Program-made: the position numbers and the translations under genes
Part shown: in pieces, positions 1 through 9,226 of the stretch
How the letters are laid out: each line of letters begins with the position of its first letter
Numbering within the stretch: position 1 is the first letter of the stretch
Notes under the pieces: generated by a model
The model's database searches: none
Seen by the model: only the letters and a program-made list of their open reading frames with translations
What the model was told of the DNA's origin: nothing
IMG/VR virus record: IMGVR_UViG_2508501066_000002
Location: 1-64,000 of that record
Origin: a virus
Taxonomy: Duplodnaviria; Caudoviricetes
Strand: one strand, 5' to 3'
Length of the DNA stretch: 64,000 nt

Positions 1-186
1 TTAGTTCTTGACTTCGACTTCGTTGCTTTCCATGAAGTTTTTGATCTTGGCCTCCGACCAATAGAGTCGACCGCCAATCTTCTTGGCCTTCGGAAAGAGA
101 TTTTGACGTTGCCACTTCCACAGCGTCGTGCGCGAAACCTTGAACGTCTTCATGATTTCTTTCTGGGTGAGCAATTTGTCGATCAT
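1..186 (-). CDS. AlpA/excisionase-like HTH regulator
   Basis: 61 aa, LLTQKEI..FKVSRTTLWKW...FPKAKKIGGRLYW matches the AlpA/MerR-like HTH pattern. Confidence 0.8.
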   Translation of the reverse strand: MIDKLLTQKEIMKTFKVSRTTLWKWQRQNLFPKAKKIGGRLYWSEAKIKNFMESNEVEVKN

Positions 187-342
187 GTCGACCGCCCCCC
201 GAGCTTAGCCAGCGACTTGATCAAAACGTGCCCCGAATTGCAATTCGGGTAACGCTTTGCGACATCTTCCTTGAACTTCATGTAACTTTCAGAATCCAGA
301 ATCGGCTGATAAACATATATCGTATTACTCACTTTATTTTCC

Positions 343-642
343 TTATCTCAAATCTCTACACGGAATCACTATGTTTCCAACAGCGCAAATTTCATCAACT
401 TGAGCATTGTTTTCTTTCTGTTGTTTGCTAAGCGAGCTTCGATGAAATTGAGCGCCATCCACGCATTCAACCAAATATACATTCGCTCCACTCATAAATG
501 GAAAAATAAACATTTTGTATTTATCCGGGCCATTATTCTTTACGCATAAATCCGCAATCCTTTGAATGTCTTTATTTTTAATAGAAACGTCACAGCCCGC
601 CAATAAAACACAGCACAGAATCACCGACAGTTTTGACCTCAT
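343..642 (-). CDS. small lipoprotein
   Basis: signal peptide with lipobox LLAGC; AT-rich relative to neighbours. Confidence 0.65.
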   Translation of the reverse strand: MRSKLSVILCCVLLAGCDVSIKNKDIQRIADLCVKNNGPDKYKMFIFPFMSGANVYLVECVDGAQFHRSSLSKQQKENNAQVDEICAVGNIVIPCRDLR

Positions 643-2024
643 TCTTTATCTCCGGTTAATGTGTCTCTGAAACGAGAAAATCTAGGATGCTGAAGAGACC
701 CGTCTTCAGTTTCTTCGTGATATTCGACCTCAATCAATCTGCCCAATACTCGACCTTTATACTCGGCGTGTCTTTCGCCAAGCACGACAGCCCTTTGCTT
801 TAGAAGCTTTTTCTTGACCCGAATCGACTTCTCTTTGAAATCGAGTTTCAGCTCCTTCAAATCCTCCAGAATTGCTTCCAGAAACTCGTCACGACTGTTG
901 CCGTCGCGCTTGACCGAATAACCGCCGCCGACCTTCACGACGACGCCGTTATAGTCGATCAAAAGACCGCCCAGCGTATTCTCGAACTGTTTCCCGAGAT
1001 CGCCGTAATAAGCCCCGATAACGCGCACGTCCGCCGTCTGTTCTTTCTTGACCTTCATCCATGAATAACTGCGTTTCTTTTCGTAAAGATGCAACGGATC
1101 TTTCACCATGATGCCTTCCTGACCCATATCCCACAGACGCTGCGCGTGCGCTTCGATTTCCTGAACCGAATTGGCCTTCCAGAGTGGCAATGAATAGATC
1201 GGGGTGCCCTTGAAGTGATCCCGAATCGTCTGTTCGAGCCGAAGCCGACGACGGGTGTAGGGCATCGGGCATCCATTGTTGAATTCGTCCAGTGTCATGA
1301 TTTCGAAGACGTGATATTCGGCATCCGTGACCTGCTCGTTCTTGCGCCGAAGCTCCGATGACGTCTTCTTGAAACTTCCGGTGATGACTTCGCCATCAAA
1401 TACCATTGGCAGATTGCCAAACGCAGATTCGACGCCCTTCAGAAGCGGCTGCTTCAACATGTCAAAAACCGTGAAGGGAATGCCTTCACGCGAGAGAAAA
1501 TCGACCTGCCGACTGCGCACGTCGATCTTGGCGACAACTCGAAATCCGTTCTTCTTGGGTTCCACCACGACCGGGAAGCGCTTCACACGCTTAGGATCGA
1601 AGGGGTGCGCAAGCATCACGCCGAAAGTCGGAATAAGCCCTTCCTTGAGATTGTTGACGCTGGCGATGCCAACGCCGCATCGAAGGTCTTTCTTTAAGAT
1701 GCGAATCAAGATTTGACCCGACTTGAGACTCAGTCTTTCGAGCTCGGCGCGAACGCTTTCGCGTGCGGCATTACCGGTGAGTCTCCGAGATTCAAGCGCA
1801 TCCAGAAGATCGTAGGTGTCGGTCGTGAAATGACCTTTGCCATAAGGTATCTCGTCAAGATCGGCCGTGTCGTCGATGCCATAGGTCTTGTACGGGTTCA
1901 GCGCGTAATCGACGACCTTTACGAAAGACTCGTTGTCGAGCAGCGGTCTTAACCGCTCAAGTTTGGCGTTCCCCGATACGCTCGCAAGATCCACAAGATG
2001 ATCAAAGATTTGATCCGAGTTCAT
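639..2024 (-). CDS. ATP-dependent DNA ligase
   Basis: motif I EPKKNGFR, FDGEV, EGIMVK, WMKVK, C-terminal OB fold ending SLQHPRF. Confidence 0.95.
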   Translation of the reverse strand: MNSDQIFDHLVDLASVSGNAKLERLRPLLDNESFVKVVDYALNPYKTYGIDDTADLDEIPYGKGHFTTDTYDLLDALESRRLTGNAARESVRAELERLSLKSGQILIRILKKDLRCGVGIASVNNLKEGLIPTFGVMLAHPFDPKRVKRFPVVVEPKKNGFRVVAKIDVRSRQVDFLSREGIPFTVFDMLKQPLLKGVESAFGNLPMVFDGEVITGSFKKTSSELRRKNEQVTDAEYHVFEIMTLDEFNNGCPMPYTRRRLRLEQTIRDHFKGTPIYSLPLWKANSVQEIEAHAQRLWDMGQEGIMVKDPLHLYEKKRSYSWMKVKKEQTADVRVIGAYYGDLGKQFENTLGGLLIDYNGVVVKVGGGYSVKRDGNSRDEFLEAILEDLKELKLDFKEKSIRVKKKLLKQRAVVLGERHAEYKGRVLGRLIEVEYHEETEDGSLQHPRFSRFRDTLTGDKE

Positions 2025-2049
2025 TATTGTTCTCCGATTGACAAACCAA

Positions 2050-2679
2050 TTAACCGATCGATGCCTGCTTGTTGATTTCCAACTGCCGGCGAATGAAGTT
2101 CAAAAGCGCGATCGCCTCTTTCTTCTTACCCTTAGCCGTCAGTTCGCGCACCTTCTGACTCAGTCGAGTCAGCTCGGCGTTGGAATAGGTTCTCGTCTTT
2201 TTGTTCACCAAATCGTTAACTGCGCTTGCCATGTCAACGCCCACGAATGACTCGGGCTGAGGCGTTTTCGAAACTGGTGCAATTCGCGGCGAGATAATGT
2301 CACGACTGACTGATTCTTTCGGATCGAGAAACGCAAAACCCCGGCGATAACTCGGGCTGCTCTTATCAATCCGAATCTCGGATTCGGGTTTTCTCGGGCG
2401 ATCGAGCGTGCCCTGACGCTGCAGGTAGTAGAGCGACCGACCCTTTTCGACCTCCTCCTGTCGCATTTTGAGCGCGAGGCAGGCGCTGCAGCCGCGCTTG
2501 ATCGCATTGGCACAGGATCGTTCGTCTGACGATTCGGCTTTGTATACTCCCGCTTTTGCCCGGGCGATGAGATAAAGACAGCTTCGATAATACCGGCGCT
2601 GTTCGTGAAAATCGCACCAAAACGTGTAGACGTTGTCTGTCTGTTCCGATCGCTCGATCGGTGCTGAAGCCTCTGTCAT
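2050..2679 (-). CDS. hypothetical Cys-containing protein
   Basis: open frame from ATG at 2679; C/H pairs (WCDFH, SCLY, SCANA, CSAC). Confidence 0.6.
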   Translation of the reverse strand: MTEASAPIERSEQTDNVYTFWCDFHEQRRYYRSCLYLIARAKAGVYKAESSDERSCANAIKRGCSACLALKMRQEEVEKGRSLYYLQRQGTLDRPRKPESEIRIDKSSPSYRRGFAFLDPKESVSRDIISPRIAPVSKTPQPESFVGVDMASAVNDLVNKKTRTYSNAELTRLSQKVRELTAKGKKKEAIALLNFIRRQLEINKQASIG

Positions 2680-2758
2680 GTGTATTCTCGCTTTTTGTTT
2701 GAGACGTGATGATAAAGCGCGAGTCTCGGGCACTGTTTGGGAAATCGCTTCTAAGTCC

Positions 2759-3250
2759 TTACCAGGTTCCGTAGTGCGCGGGTTTGTCCTTCTTGAGCCG
2801 ATTTGTCTTTTCCTCGAATTCGTCCGCCTTACGCACTTGTCCCTCGCGCCGCGCATTCGCCTGCTTTTCGGCTTCGATCGTGCGCATCTCCGCAATTAGA
2901 TCAAAGGCTGTAAAGCTGCTAAGCAGCTTCGCCCAACGATCACCTCCAAAATCCGCAATGAGTTGATCGAAGTTGGGGTCCGTCCCGCGAAACCCGATGC
3001 GATATGTCACGTCGGATATAGCCTCATAACCCCGATTCCTTCGATGATCGCTCAATTTCCTGAAAAGATTCTCCGCCTGAAGATCCTCCTCTACCGAGAC
3101 GTCGAACCGACCGACCAATCCAACCTTGCCCCATCGCCTTGCGATCAGCGATCGTCCATCGCCAATCGGAATGAGTATTAAGTGATAATTCTTCGTTTTG
3201 CCTTTGTGTTGAAAATAGGCCATTCGAACATTCAATATCGTCTCTTTCAT
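2759..3250 (-). CDS. WGR-domain protein
   Basis: KNYHL...RRWGKVG...RNRGY; GGAGG RBS before ATG at 3250. Confidence 0.75.
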   Translation of the reverse strand: MKETILNVRMAYFQHKGKTKNYHLILIPIGDGRSLIARRWGKVGLVGRFDVSVEEDLQAENLFRKLSDHRRNRGYEAISDVTYRIGFRGTDPNFDQLIADFGGDRWAKLLSSFTAFDLIAEMRTIEAEKQANARREGQVRKADEFEEKTNRLKKDKPAHYGTW

Positions 3251-3304
3251 AATCCCTCCTTTAATCAAAATCTCGTTCGAGCATAGCGTCGAAACGCTGG
3301 ATAC

Positions 3305-4372
3305 TCAGCGGACACTCAACAGAAACAGCGTGGCGCTTTTCGGCGTCATGACGATCGCCTGATCGATTGTCTGCAGTAAGGTATACGAATCGACTTCGTT
3401 CGGGTCTTTGTCGGCCGGCAGCCGCGCAACCTTTGTCGTAAGCCCGAGCTTTCGAACTTCGAGGGCTGCGGCGGTCGCATCTTTAAGAGCTTGAATCTCG
3501 CCATCCCATAAAAAGGTGATCTCCTCCAGACCCTCGCGCTTGAGCTGAAGCAGGGCGCCGAACTGATCGTCGCCTTGACCGATCGAAAGATGCTTACCAA
3601 AGGTTCCGACCACCGCGCGATCCCGAAATGCCGGATCGCTGTTCAAAGCAACCTGAGTCGCCATGACGTCGAACACCCCTTCGCAGACGATAAGGCGCTT
3701 CACGCGCCGGGCATTGTGGCCGTTATAGAGATATCGACCGGTCGAGGCGAAGCCGGGCGGAAAGAGATATTTCTTCTCGGCGGTGCCGGTAATGTCGCGT
3801 CCCTGAAACGACACCAGATTCCCGTCGAGATCCAAGACGGGGATAATGACTCGTTCGGCATAGGATTGAATTCGATCGAAACCATTCTGCCTGTAGCGAA
3901 AAATGCCGTTCTTTGAATAACGCAGATAAAAATACTGCGCCGTTTCGCCATCGATCCCGCGTTGTGTCAGATAGCGAAGATTCTTGCCTTGATAGGGCAG
4001 CTCGACCGATTCCGGCAAAATGAGATCGCTCGTTTCGAAAATCACATCCCGTGCGATCCTTTTTACCCGCCAGCCCATCGATTGCGCCAGTTTCTTGAGC
4101 ATGTCGAAAAACTCGCGCTTCGATAGCTGCGGGTAAATCGCCTGAATGAAACTGTATTTCGAGAACTTTGCCTCACAGCTTCCCGAAAAGCAGTTTCCCG
4201 CCCCGGTCTCGGCGTTCAGATAGACCTTCCACTTACTACCGCCGCAGACCGGACATTCCTTTACATTAAGCTGCTCGCCCGATCGCCCGGGCGTTAGCTT
4301 GTAATCGATGCCTTCCCAATCCAAAAACGCCTCCATGTCGATGGCATCGAGCCATTCTTGAACCGCGCTCAT
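3305..4372 (-). CDS. DNA primase (Zn finger + TOPRIM)
   Basis: CPVC...CFSGSC, FQGR, CEGVFD, WDGE, KDPNE. Confidence 0.92.
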   Translation of the reverse strand: MSAVQEWLDAIDMEAFLDWEGIDYKLTPGRSGEQLNVKECPVCGGSKWKVYLNAETGAGNCFSGSCEAKFSKYSFIQAIYPQLSKREFFDMLKKLAQSMGWRVKRIARDVIFETSDLILPESVELPYQGKNLRYLTQRGIDGETAQYFYLRYSKNGIFRYRQNGFDRIQSYAERVIIPVLDLDGNLVSFQGRDITGTAEKKYLFPPGFASTGRYLYNGHNARRVKRLIVCEGVFDVMATQVALNSDPAFRDRAVVGTFGKHLSIGQGDDQFGALLQLKREGLEEITFLWDGEIQALKDATAAALEVRKLGLTTKVARLPADKDPNEVDSYTLLQTIDQAIVMTPKSATLFLLSVR

Positions 4373-4474
4373 GTCACGTCACCACAAGGGATTCGAGAGC
4401 TCGATTAAAGGCGCATCGACGACCTCGACCGGGGCGGGAGCATATGCCCTTGATCGGGCCACTCAGAACAATTT

Positions 4475-5089
4475 TCATTCGTCCTCCTTCGCCAGCGCGG
4501 CATCGGCGATCTGGTAGATGTCTCCCAGCAGGGCGGTGAGTGCATACGGATTGGGATTCATCGCCAAATTCATCGTGCTTCGGCTCAGGACCTCTTCCAG
4601 CGCCTCTTTTAGTTGAGTAGCCCTCTCCGGCAGGTCGTGCCACGAATGCCAGACGCCGTCGGGCGGCTCTCCTTTCAAGGCCGCAGCAGTGCGCGTCAAG
4701 AGGTGGCTGAGCTTCTCGCGGATTTCGTCAGACTCCATGAGGTCAGCGTGCAGCCTTTTCACCTCAGCCCGCAGCGTCTCGATCTCTGCCTGCTGCGCGT
4801 CCCGTTCTTCCAACAGCGCCCGGATGGTGTCGGGGTCGCAGGCGGCGATGAGGGCGGCGTTGGCGCGGGCGTTTGGAAACGTCTGTAGGCGCTCGCCAAA
4901 TCCAACGTAGTCGTCTGGCGTGACATCCTCGTACAGCGTGCATATGATAGGATCATCCCAGCGGCGGCCCTCGTTTTCCGGCAGGGCGACAGTCACATAG
5001 GGATAGCTATCGCCGTCGATCACGCGCCTAGAGCCAGGCGTCGGCTCCATCGCCAGCGCGTCGCGGATTTCCTGGTAGCGGTCAGTCAT
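4475..5089 (-). CDS. Ead/Ea22-like accessory protein
   Basis: TPG..., ANAALIAACDPDTIRALLEE plus coiled coil. Confidence 0.65.
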   Translation of the reverse strand: MTDRYQEIRDALAMEPTPGSRRVIDGDSYPYVTVALPENEGRRWDDPIICTLYEDVTPDDYVGFGERLQTFPNARANAALIAACDPDTIRALLEERDAQQAEIETLRAEVKRLHADLMESDEIREKLSHLLTRTAAALKGEPPDGVWHSWHDLPERATQLKEALEEVLSRSTMNLAMNPNPYALTALLGDIYQIADAALAKEDE

Positions 5090-5490
5090 TACTTGCCCTC
5101 CTTGTGCATGGCGGCAGGGGCAGCATCACACTCGGGGAAAACACCGTACTCGCTCAGTGAGCCGCTTGGGTCATACCGGCGGCGCTTTGGCTGGACCTGG
5201 GTGATACTGAGCAGGCGCTTCTCGTAGATGCGCACCTCGACAGGCCCATCCGGGATGTACATCGCCGCGTAGTGGCGGGCCTCAGACTGGGCGGAGGCAT
5301 AGTCGGCTTCTCTGCCACCAGCCTGCAAAACTCCATCCTGCCACACCTCGTACTCGTACTCGGCCTCCGCCCGCAGCATGGCTTCTACGCGGGCTACACC
5401 ATCCACGATTCCCTCGCCGGGGGCCAACTGCGCGGCCGCCCATATTTCATGCGACAGCGCCTTGAGGTTTTTCTCGTAGCGGTCAGTCAT
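5089..5490 (-). CDS. hypothetical accessory protein
   Basis: translationally coupled ORF with AGGAG RBS. Confidence 0.55.
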   Translation of the reverse strand: MTDRYEKNLKALSHEIWAAAQLAPGEGIVDGVARVEAMLRAEAEYEYEVWQDGVLQAGGREADYASAQSEARHYAAMYIPDGPVEVRIYEKRLLSITQVQPKRRRYDPSGSLSEYGVFPECDAAPAAMHKEGK

Positions 5491-5854
5491 TGCTGTTCTC
5501 CTTTGACAGCGCGGCCTTCATCTTTCGCCGCATGTTCCAGTAATCGCACGTGCACACTCCGACCGAGTGGTCGCACGTGTCCATATCCTCATCGAGCCAA
5601 TCCAGTTCGTTGTCAGCGTCTTTCAGTGCTTCGCGTAGGCGCTCGTTCTCAGCCTTCAACGCTGCCAGCGCCTCGCGCAGCGCGTCCACCTCCGCCCGCA
5701 GCGCCTCGATCTCGGCGTCCACGTCTGCGGCCAGATAGTAGTCGCCGTCGTCAGCACGGACACACTCGGCTACGTATTCGCCAGTGCCGATATACACAGT
5801 GTCTGGCTCGTACCTTGCAAGCGTCTTGATGGACGCCACAGGTTTCTCACTCAT
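5483..5854 (-). CDS. hypothetical coiled-coil protein
   Basis: AGGAGG RBS, coupled to neighbours. Confidence 0.55.
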   Translation of the reverse strand: MSEKPVASIKTLARYEPDTVYIGTGEYVAECVRADDGDYYLAADVDAEIEALRAEVDALREALAALKAENERLREALKDADNELDWLDEDMDTCDHSVGVCTCDYWNMRRKMKAALSKENSND

Positions 5855-5864
5855 GGCTGGCCTC

Positions 5865-6398
5865 CTAATGAACATTCATTCGTGCGGCCAAGTCTTCGAT
5901 GGCAGCGGCACACTCGGCCCCGCACGCTAGCCTGTTTTCCTTCGCCAGCGCTTCATCATCCAAGTCCTTGCAAACCCGCGCCGCCTCTTTCAACACGTCG
6001 CGCATGTCATCTACATATTCTTGTGCAGCACGCCGGTTGCCATCCCACCGACGCTCGGTTTCTCGGCGCAACTCACGCATCAAGTCGCGGATGATGGCCG
6101 CAGCGTCCGTAAGCGCCACGAACAACACGGGATCGCTTTTGTACTGCTCCGCTAGCTTGGAGCAGATGTGCGCATGGTCGTCCGCCAGCCAGTCGCGCTC
6201 TAGCACGGCAGGCTGCTGCGCGACGGTCAACTGCGCCGCCAGCCGCTCGATCTCCCTCACCGCGCACTCGTAGTGCTTCGGGCCCCAGCCCCAGCATTCG
6301 TCTTCGCGGTCCTCCGGGCCCGCCAGAAGCATCAACCCTTTCGGCGTCTCGCCGTCGTTGAGGATCGGCCCCGGCGTGTGCTTTGCTTCTTTCTTCAT
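5865..6398 (-). CDS. hypothetical accessory protein
   Basis: KHTPGP N-terminus and AARVC...ECAAAI C-terminus typical of small phage early proteins. Confidence 0.55.
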   Translation of the reverse strand: MKKEAKHTPGPILNDGETPKGLMLLAGPEDREDECWGWGPKHYECAVREIERLAAQLTVAQQPAVLERDWLADDHAHICSKLAEQYKSDPVLFVALTDAAAIIRDLMRELRRETERRWDGNRRAAQEYVDDMRDVLKEAARVCKDLDDEALAKENRLACGAECAAAIEDLAARMNVH

Positions 6399-6430
6399 TG
6401 CTGCCTCCGCTCTGTCAGACGTATACAAAA

Positions 6431-6491
6431 CCGCTCTCCCTGGTCAACTTGAGCTTTTACAAGCTCCGGCCTTCAGGCCGGGGTGGTTGAC
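6431..6491 (-). mobile_element. truncated IscB/HEARO-type IS200/IS605 end (5' part of omegaRNA)
   Basis: minus strand GTCAACCACCCCGGCCTGAAGGCCGGAGCTTGTAAAAGCTCAAGTTGACCAGGGAGAGCGG; no iscB ORF follows. Confidence 0.7.
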
Positions 6492-6585
6492 ACTATCGAC
6501 ACACCCGAACCGAAGCACGATGCCTTCGAAGTCCTTCTCGTCAACACCCTGAAGCGCTAACCGCGCTTGAGTTCTTAAAGCCGCA

Positions 6586-7902
6586 TCATTCCCTCCCCAA
6601 AACCTTCTTTACGAACTGCATACATTCCATGTCCTGAGTCACCTTCAGCGAGAACTTGCCGCTCTGATTCCGACTGGACGCGAAGAAAAGCCGGGCTTCG
6701 TTTTTGGCGCGCTCTTCCTCCGTCGCGTTGATCGAAATCGTCAGGTCCGCGATACGAATGATGTTGAAGTCTTCGGCGACATTGATGTCATCCGCGACCG
6801 TCGCTTTTGCGCCGTCGCGATTCGTCTGCGCCGCAGACAACACGGCAGCATCCTCCTCTTGCGCAATGGCGCGAAGACCCAAATGAATTTGTTTTGAGTT
6901 TTCGATCTTGTCGGTCGTGTAGACTTCGGGCGCCATGATGCCGCCGTAGTCGGGCACGATCAGATCGAACTTGATTCCCTTTGCCTTGTAGCGTTCCAGA
7001 ATGCGCCTGAGTCCCGAACACTTGAGCGTGCCGGATGGATATTCCTCGATGTAGAACTTGCCGGGTTTCTTGGCTTTTGCGACGTTTCTCACTCGAATAT
7101 CGGTGTCGACGATGCGAGTCGGAATTTCCATTATCGGCACTTCCGCGATCGAGGCGTCGACGCGCTCGGAGACGATTTCGGTCGAGACTTCGAGCGTCAG
7201 CAGCAGAACATTGTGCCCCGCAAAAGCCGCATTGCGCGCAAAGAAGGAAAGAGCGGCCGATTTGCCCTTCTTGGCCGCGCCCATGATCATCGACAATTCG
7301 CCCCGGCCCCAGCCCCTGTGTTTCAGGCAACGATCGAGCTCGGGGATGCCGGTCGTGATGCCGCGCGGGGCGATCTTGCCGGCTGCGACATCCTTTCGAT
7401 ACTGGGTACGATTCTCGATCTGTTCGAAGTATTCGTACTCCTGCAGTGCTTCGGCGGCGCCAACCATACTGGCATTTTGAATCAGTTTCTCGATCTTCTG
7501 AAAATCGCCCTTTTCGAGATACTTGACCGATTCGATGATCGCGTTTTCGTAGGCCCTATGTCTTGCGAACTCAGCGACGCAATCGACAACATAAGGGCCA
7601 TCCGCAATATTAACTTCCTGAAGCTCCTTGAGCTTGTCTTTAATCTCGGGCACTAAATCGCTTCGAATTAGTTTCTTGGCGATTTTCTCTTTCAGAATAT
7701 TGACGAGCGATACGACATCCGGCACACGGCCATAGCGCGAATAAAAATCGATGCCGATATCGACGAGCGTTGCTTCCGCCGCGTTTTCGAAATAGTCGGG
7801 ACGAATGAGTCCCGACGTCCTTCTGTTGAAATCGACGTCTCGAATGATCAGTGCCGCTATTTTGGTCTGAAACTCGGCATCGAAATCATATTTCTTGGTC
7901 AT
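6586..7902 (-). CDS. dnaB: replicative DnaB-like helicase
   Basis: GITTGIPELD, Walker A GAAKKGKS, TLEVS, IVPDYG, AAQTNR. Confidence 0.93.
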   Translation of the reverse strand: MTKKYDFDAEFQTKIAALIIRDVDFNRRTSGLIRPDYFENAAEATLVDIGIDFYSRYGRVPDVVSLVNILKEKIAKKLIRSDLVPEIKDKLKELQEVNIADGPYVVDCVAEFARHRAYENAIIESVKYLEKGDFQKIEKLIQNASMVGAAEALQEYEYFEQIENRTQYRKDVAAGKIAPRGITTGIPELDRCLKHRGWGRGELSMIMGAAKKGKSAALSFFARNAAFAGHNVLLLTLEVSTEIVSERVDASIAEVPIMEIPTRIVDTDIRVRNVAKAKKPGKFYIEEYPSGTLKCSGLRRILERYKAKGIKFDLIVPDYGGIMAPEVYTTDKIENSKQIHLGLRAIAQEEDAAVLSAAQTNRDGAKATVADDINVAEDFNIIRIADLTISINATEEERAKNEARLFFASSRNQSGKFSLKVTQDMECMQFVKKVLGRE

Positions 7903-7930
7903 ATGGCGCGACGATTAAATATCGATGTCG

Positions 7931-8311
7931 TTAAATACCAAAACTGACATTATCGAAGTTGACTGCACTCGAATTCATATTCCCGGATTTGAAAAAACCG
8001 ATATCGTGCTTAAAAATGCACACGATATCGCCCTTAAACGTTTGAATTGTTATCGAATATTTGTCGTAATCCACCAATTGCGCTCGAACAAATCCGGTCT
8101 CGCAAATATTCACCGCATAAAATTCAATGAGCTTATTTTCCGAATCCAAAATCTTTTGAAGCACGGCTTCGTGGCCGGTTTTGACGACTTTTTGGGGAGG
8201 GTACTTAAGCTTTAGCTTTCGGCCGCGCTGTTCCTGCCGTTTGGCGAAGGTCCGCTGCAGATTGCGCTCGGCCTCGTCTGTCGAAATTGAGAATTTGCGA
8301 ATCTCATTCAT
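7931..8311 (-). CDS. Hfq/Sm-like protein
   Basis: LVDYDKYSITI...VCIFKHDIGFF resembles Hfq Sm1/Sm2 (xFDxFxILL...VYKHAIST). Confidence 0.65.
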   Translation of the reverse strand: MNEIRKFSISTDEAERNLQRTFAKRQEQRGRKLKLKYPPQKVVKTGHEAVLQKILDSENKLIEFYAVNICETGFVRAQLVDYDKYSITIQTFKGDIVCIFKHDIGFFKSGNMNSSAVNFDNVSFGI

Positions 8312-8398
8312 GACGTTCTCCTTTGTTTCTAACTGTCGAGTGCGTCTAGTCTAAATAAATCAGTAATGACTGACAATGCTTAACAAAGCATTCCCGAT

Positions 8399-9160
8399 TC
8401 AAAGCAGCGTTTCCCGATAAGCTCGCCTTAAGATCGCTTCGTCAAAATACTTTGCTGCCTCGCTCTCGGCGATCAGAGGCTTTCGGCTGAAGCCATAGAC
8501 GTAGTCGGCGAGCGCGAAGTGTGGGTTGGCACGAGTCCTGATGCGCCGACACAGCCAGCCCTGAAACAGCCGATGCAGCGGGTCGTCGAGCGATTCCGGC
8601 TCGATAAAGAAGGGGTGTTCCGGCAGTACAATGCCGCCTTGAAGCTGATCTTTCCAGGCTTTGAGCGTCGCCAGCTTGAACTCTTCGGTTCGCAGGTGAT
8701 TGGGTCTTGGCAAATAATGCTTCCACTTCGACGCATCGGCGTATCTGAACGCTGCGCGAAAGAAGAAGGAATAGGGCAGACCGAGTTCGTCGATCGTCTG
8801 TCTAAGATGTATGAAGGACGCCGCCTCGCGATGTTTAGCGAACGCCGCGAGCGAGTCGCAGCGATTCCCGAAACCCCGACGATATTTCGCCTCTTCGACA
8901 TCGTGGCGGCGTTTTAGCATGTCCTGATACGCGGCCCCGTAAGCCCGCACGCATTGAAGAGTCGCTTCGCCGGGATGCAAGAGTCGATTGTCCCACCATT
9001 TCTTGTCGAACAGCCGCGCTTCCTTTTCCCAATCGATTGCACCGCGCACCCGCTGCAGTTCGAGATCGAGCGATCGAACCATGTCCGCCTGTATTTCCAC
9101 CTGTAATCTCTCGTCATCAGCTAAAAGTGAATCAAGAGTATCGATGATTTTCACAGGCAC
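8399..9160 (-). CDS. hypothetical protein (replication cluster)
   Basis: 253-aa ORF upstream of Hfq-like and DnaB genes; LPRPNHL motif. Confidence 0.6.
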   Translation of the reverse strand: MPVKIIDTLDSLLADDERLQVEIQADMVRSLDLELQRVRGAIDWEKEARLFDKKWWDNRLLHPGEATLQCVRAYGAAYQDMLKRRHDVEEAKYRRGFGNRCDSLAAFAKHREAASFIHLRQTIDELGLPYSFFFRAAFRYADASKWKHYLPRPNHLRTEEFKLATLKAWKDQLQGGIVLPEHPFFIEPESLDDPLHRLFQGWLCRRIRTRANPHFALADYVYGFSRKPLIAESEAAKYFDEAILRRAYRETLL

Positions 9161-9226
9161 AGTAAGAGACTCAAAACAACTCCCGCGTGTAGGCTGCCTC
9201 TTGAACGAAAGTTATTTATGACTTAT

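Noticed and set aside
639-2024. KxNG motif as a sign of an RNA ligase or inactive ligase
   Set aside because: Kx(D/N)G is tolerated, and the OB-fold and other DNA ligase motifs are present
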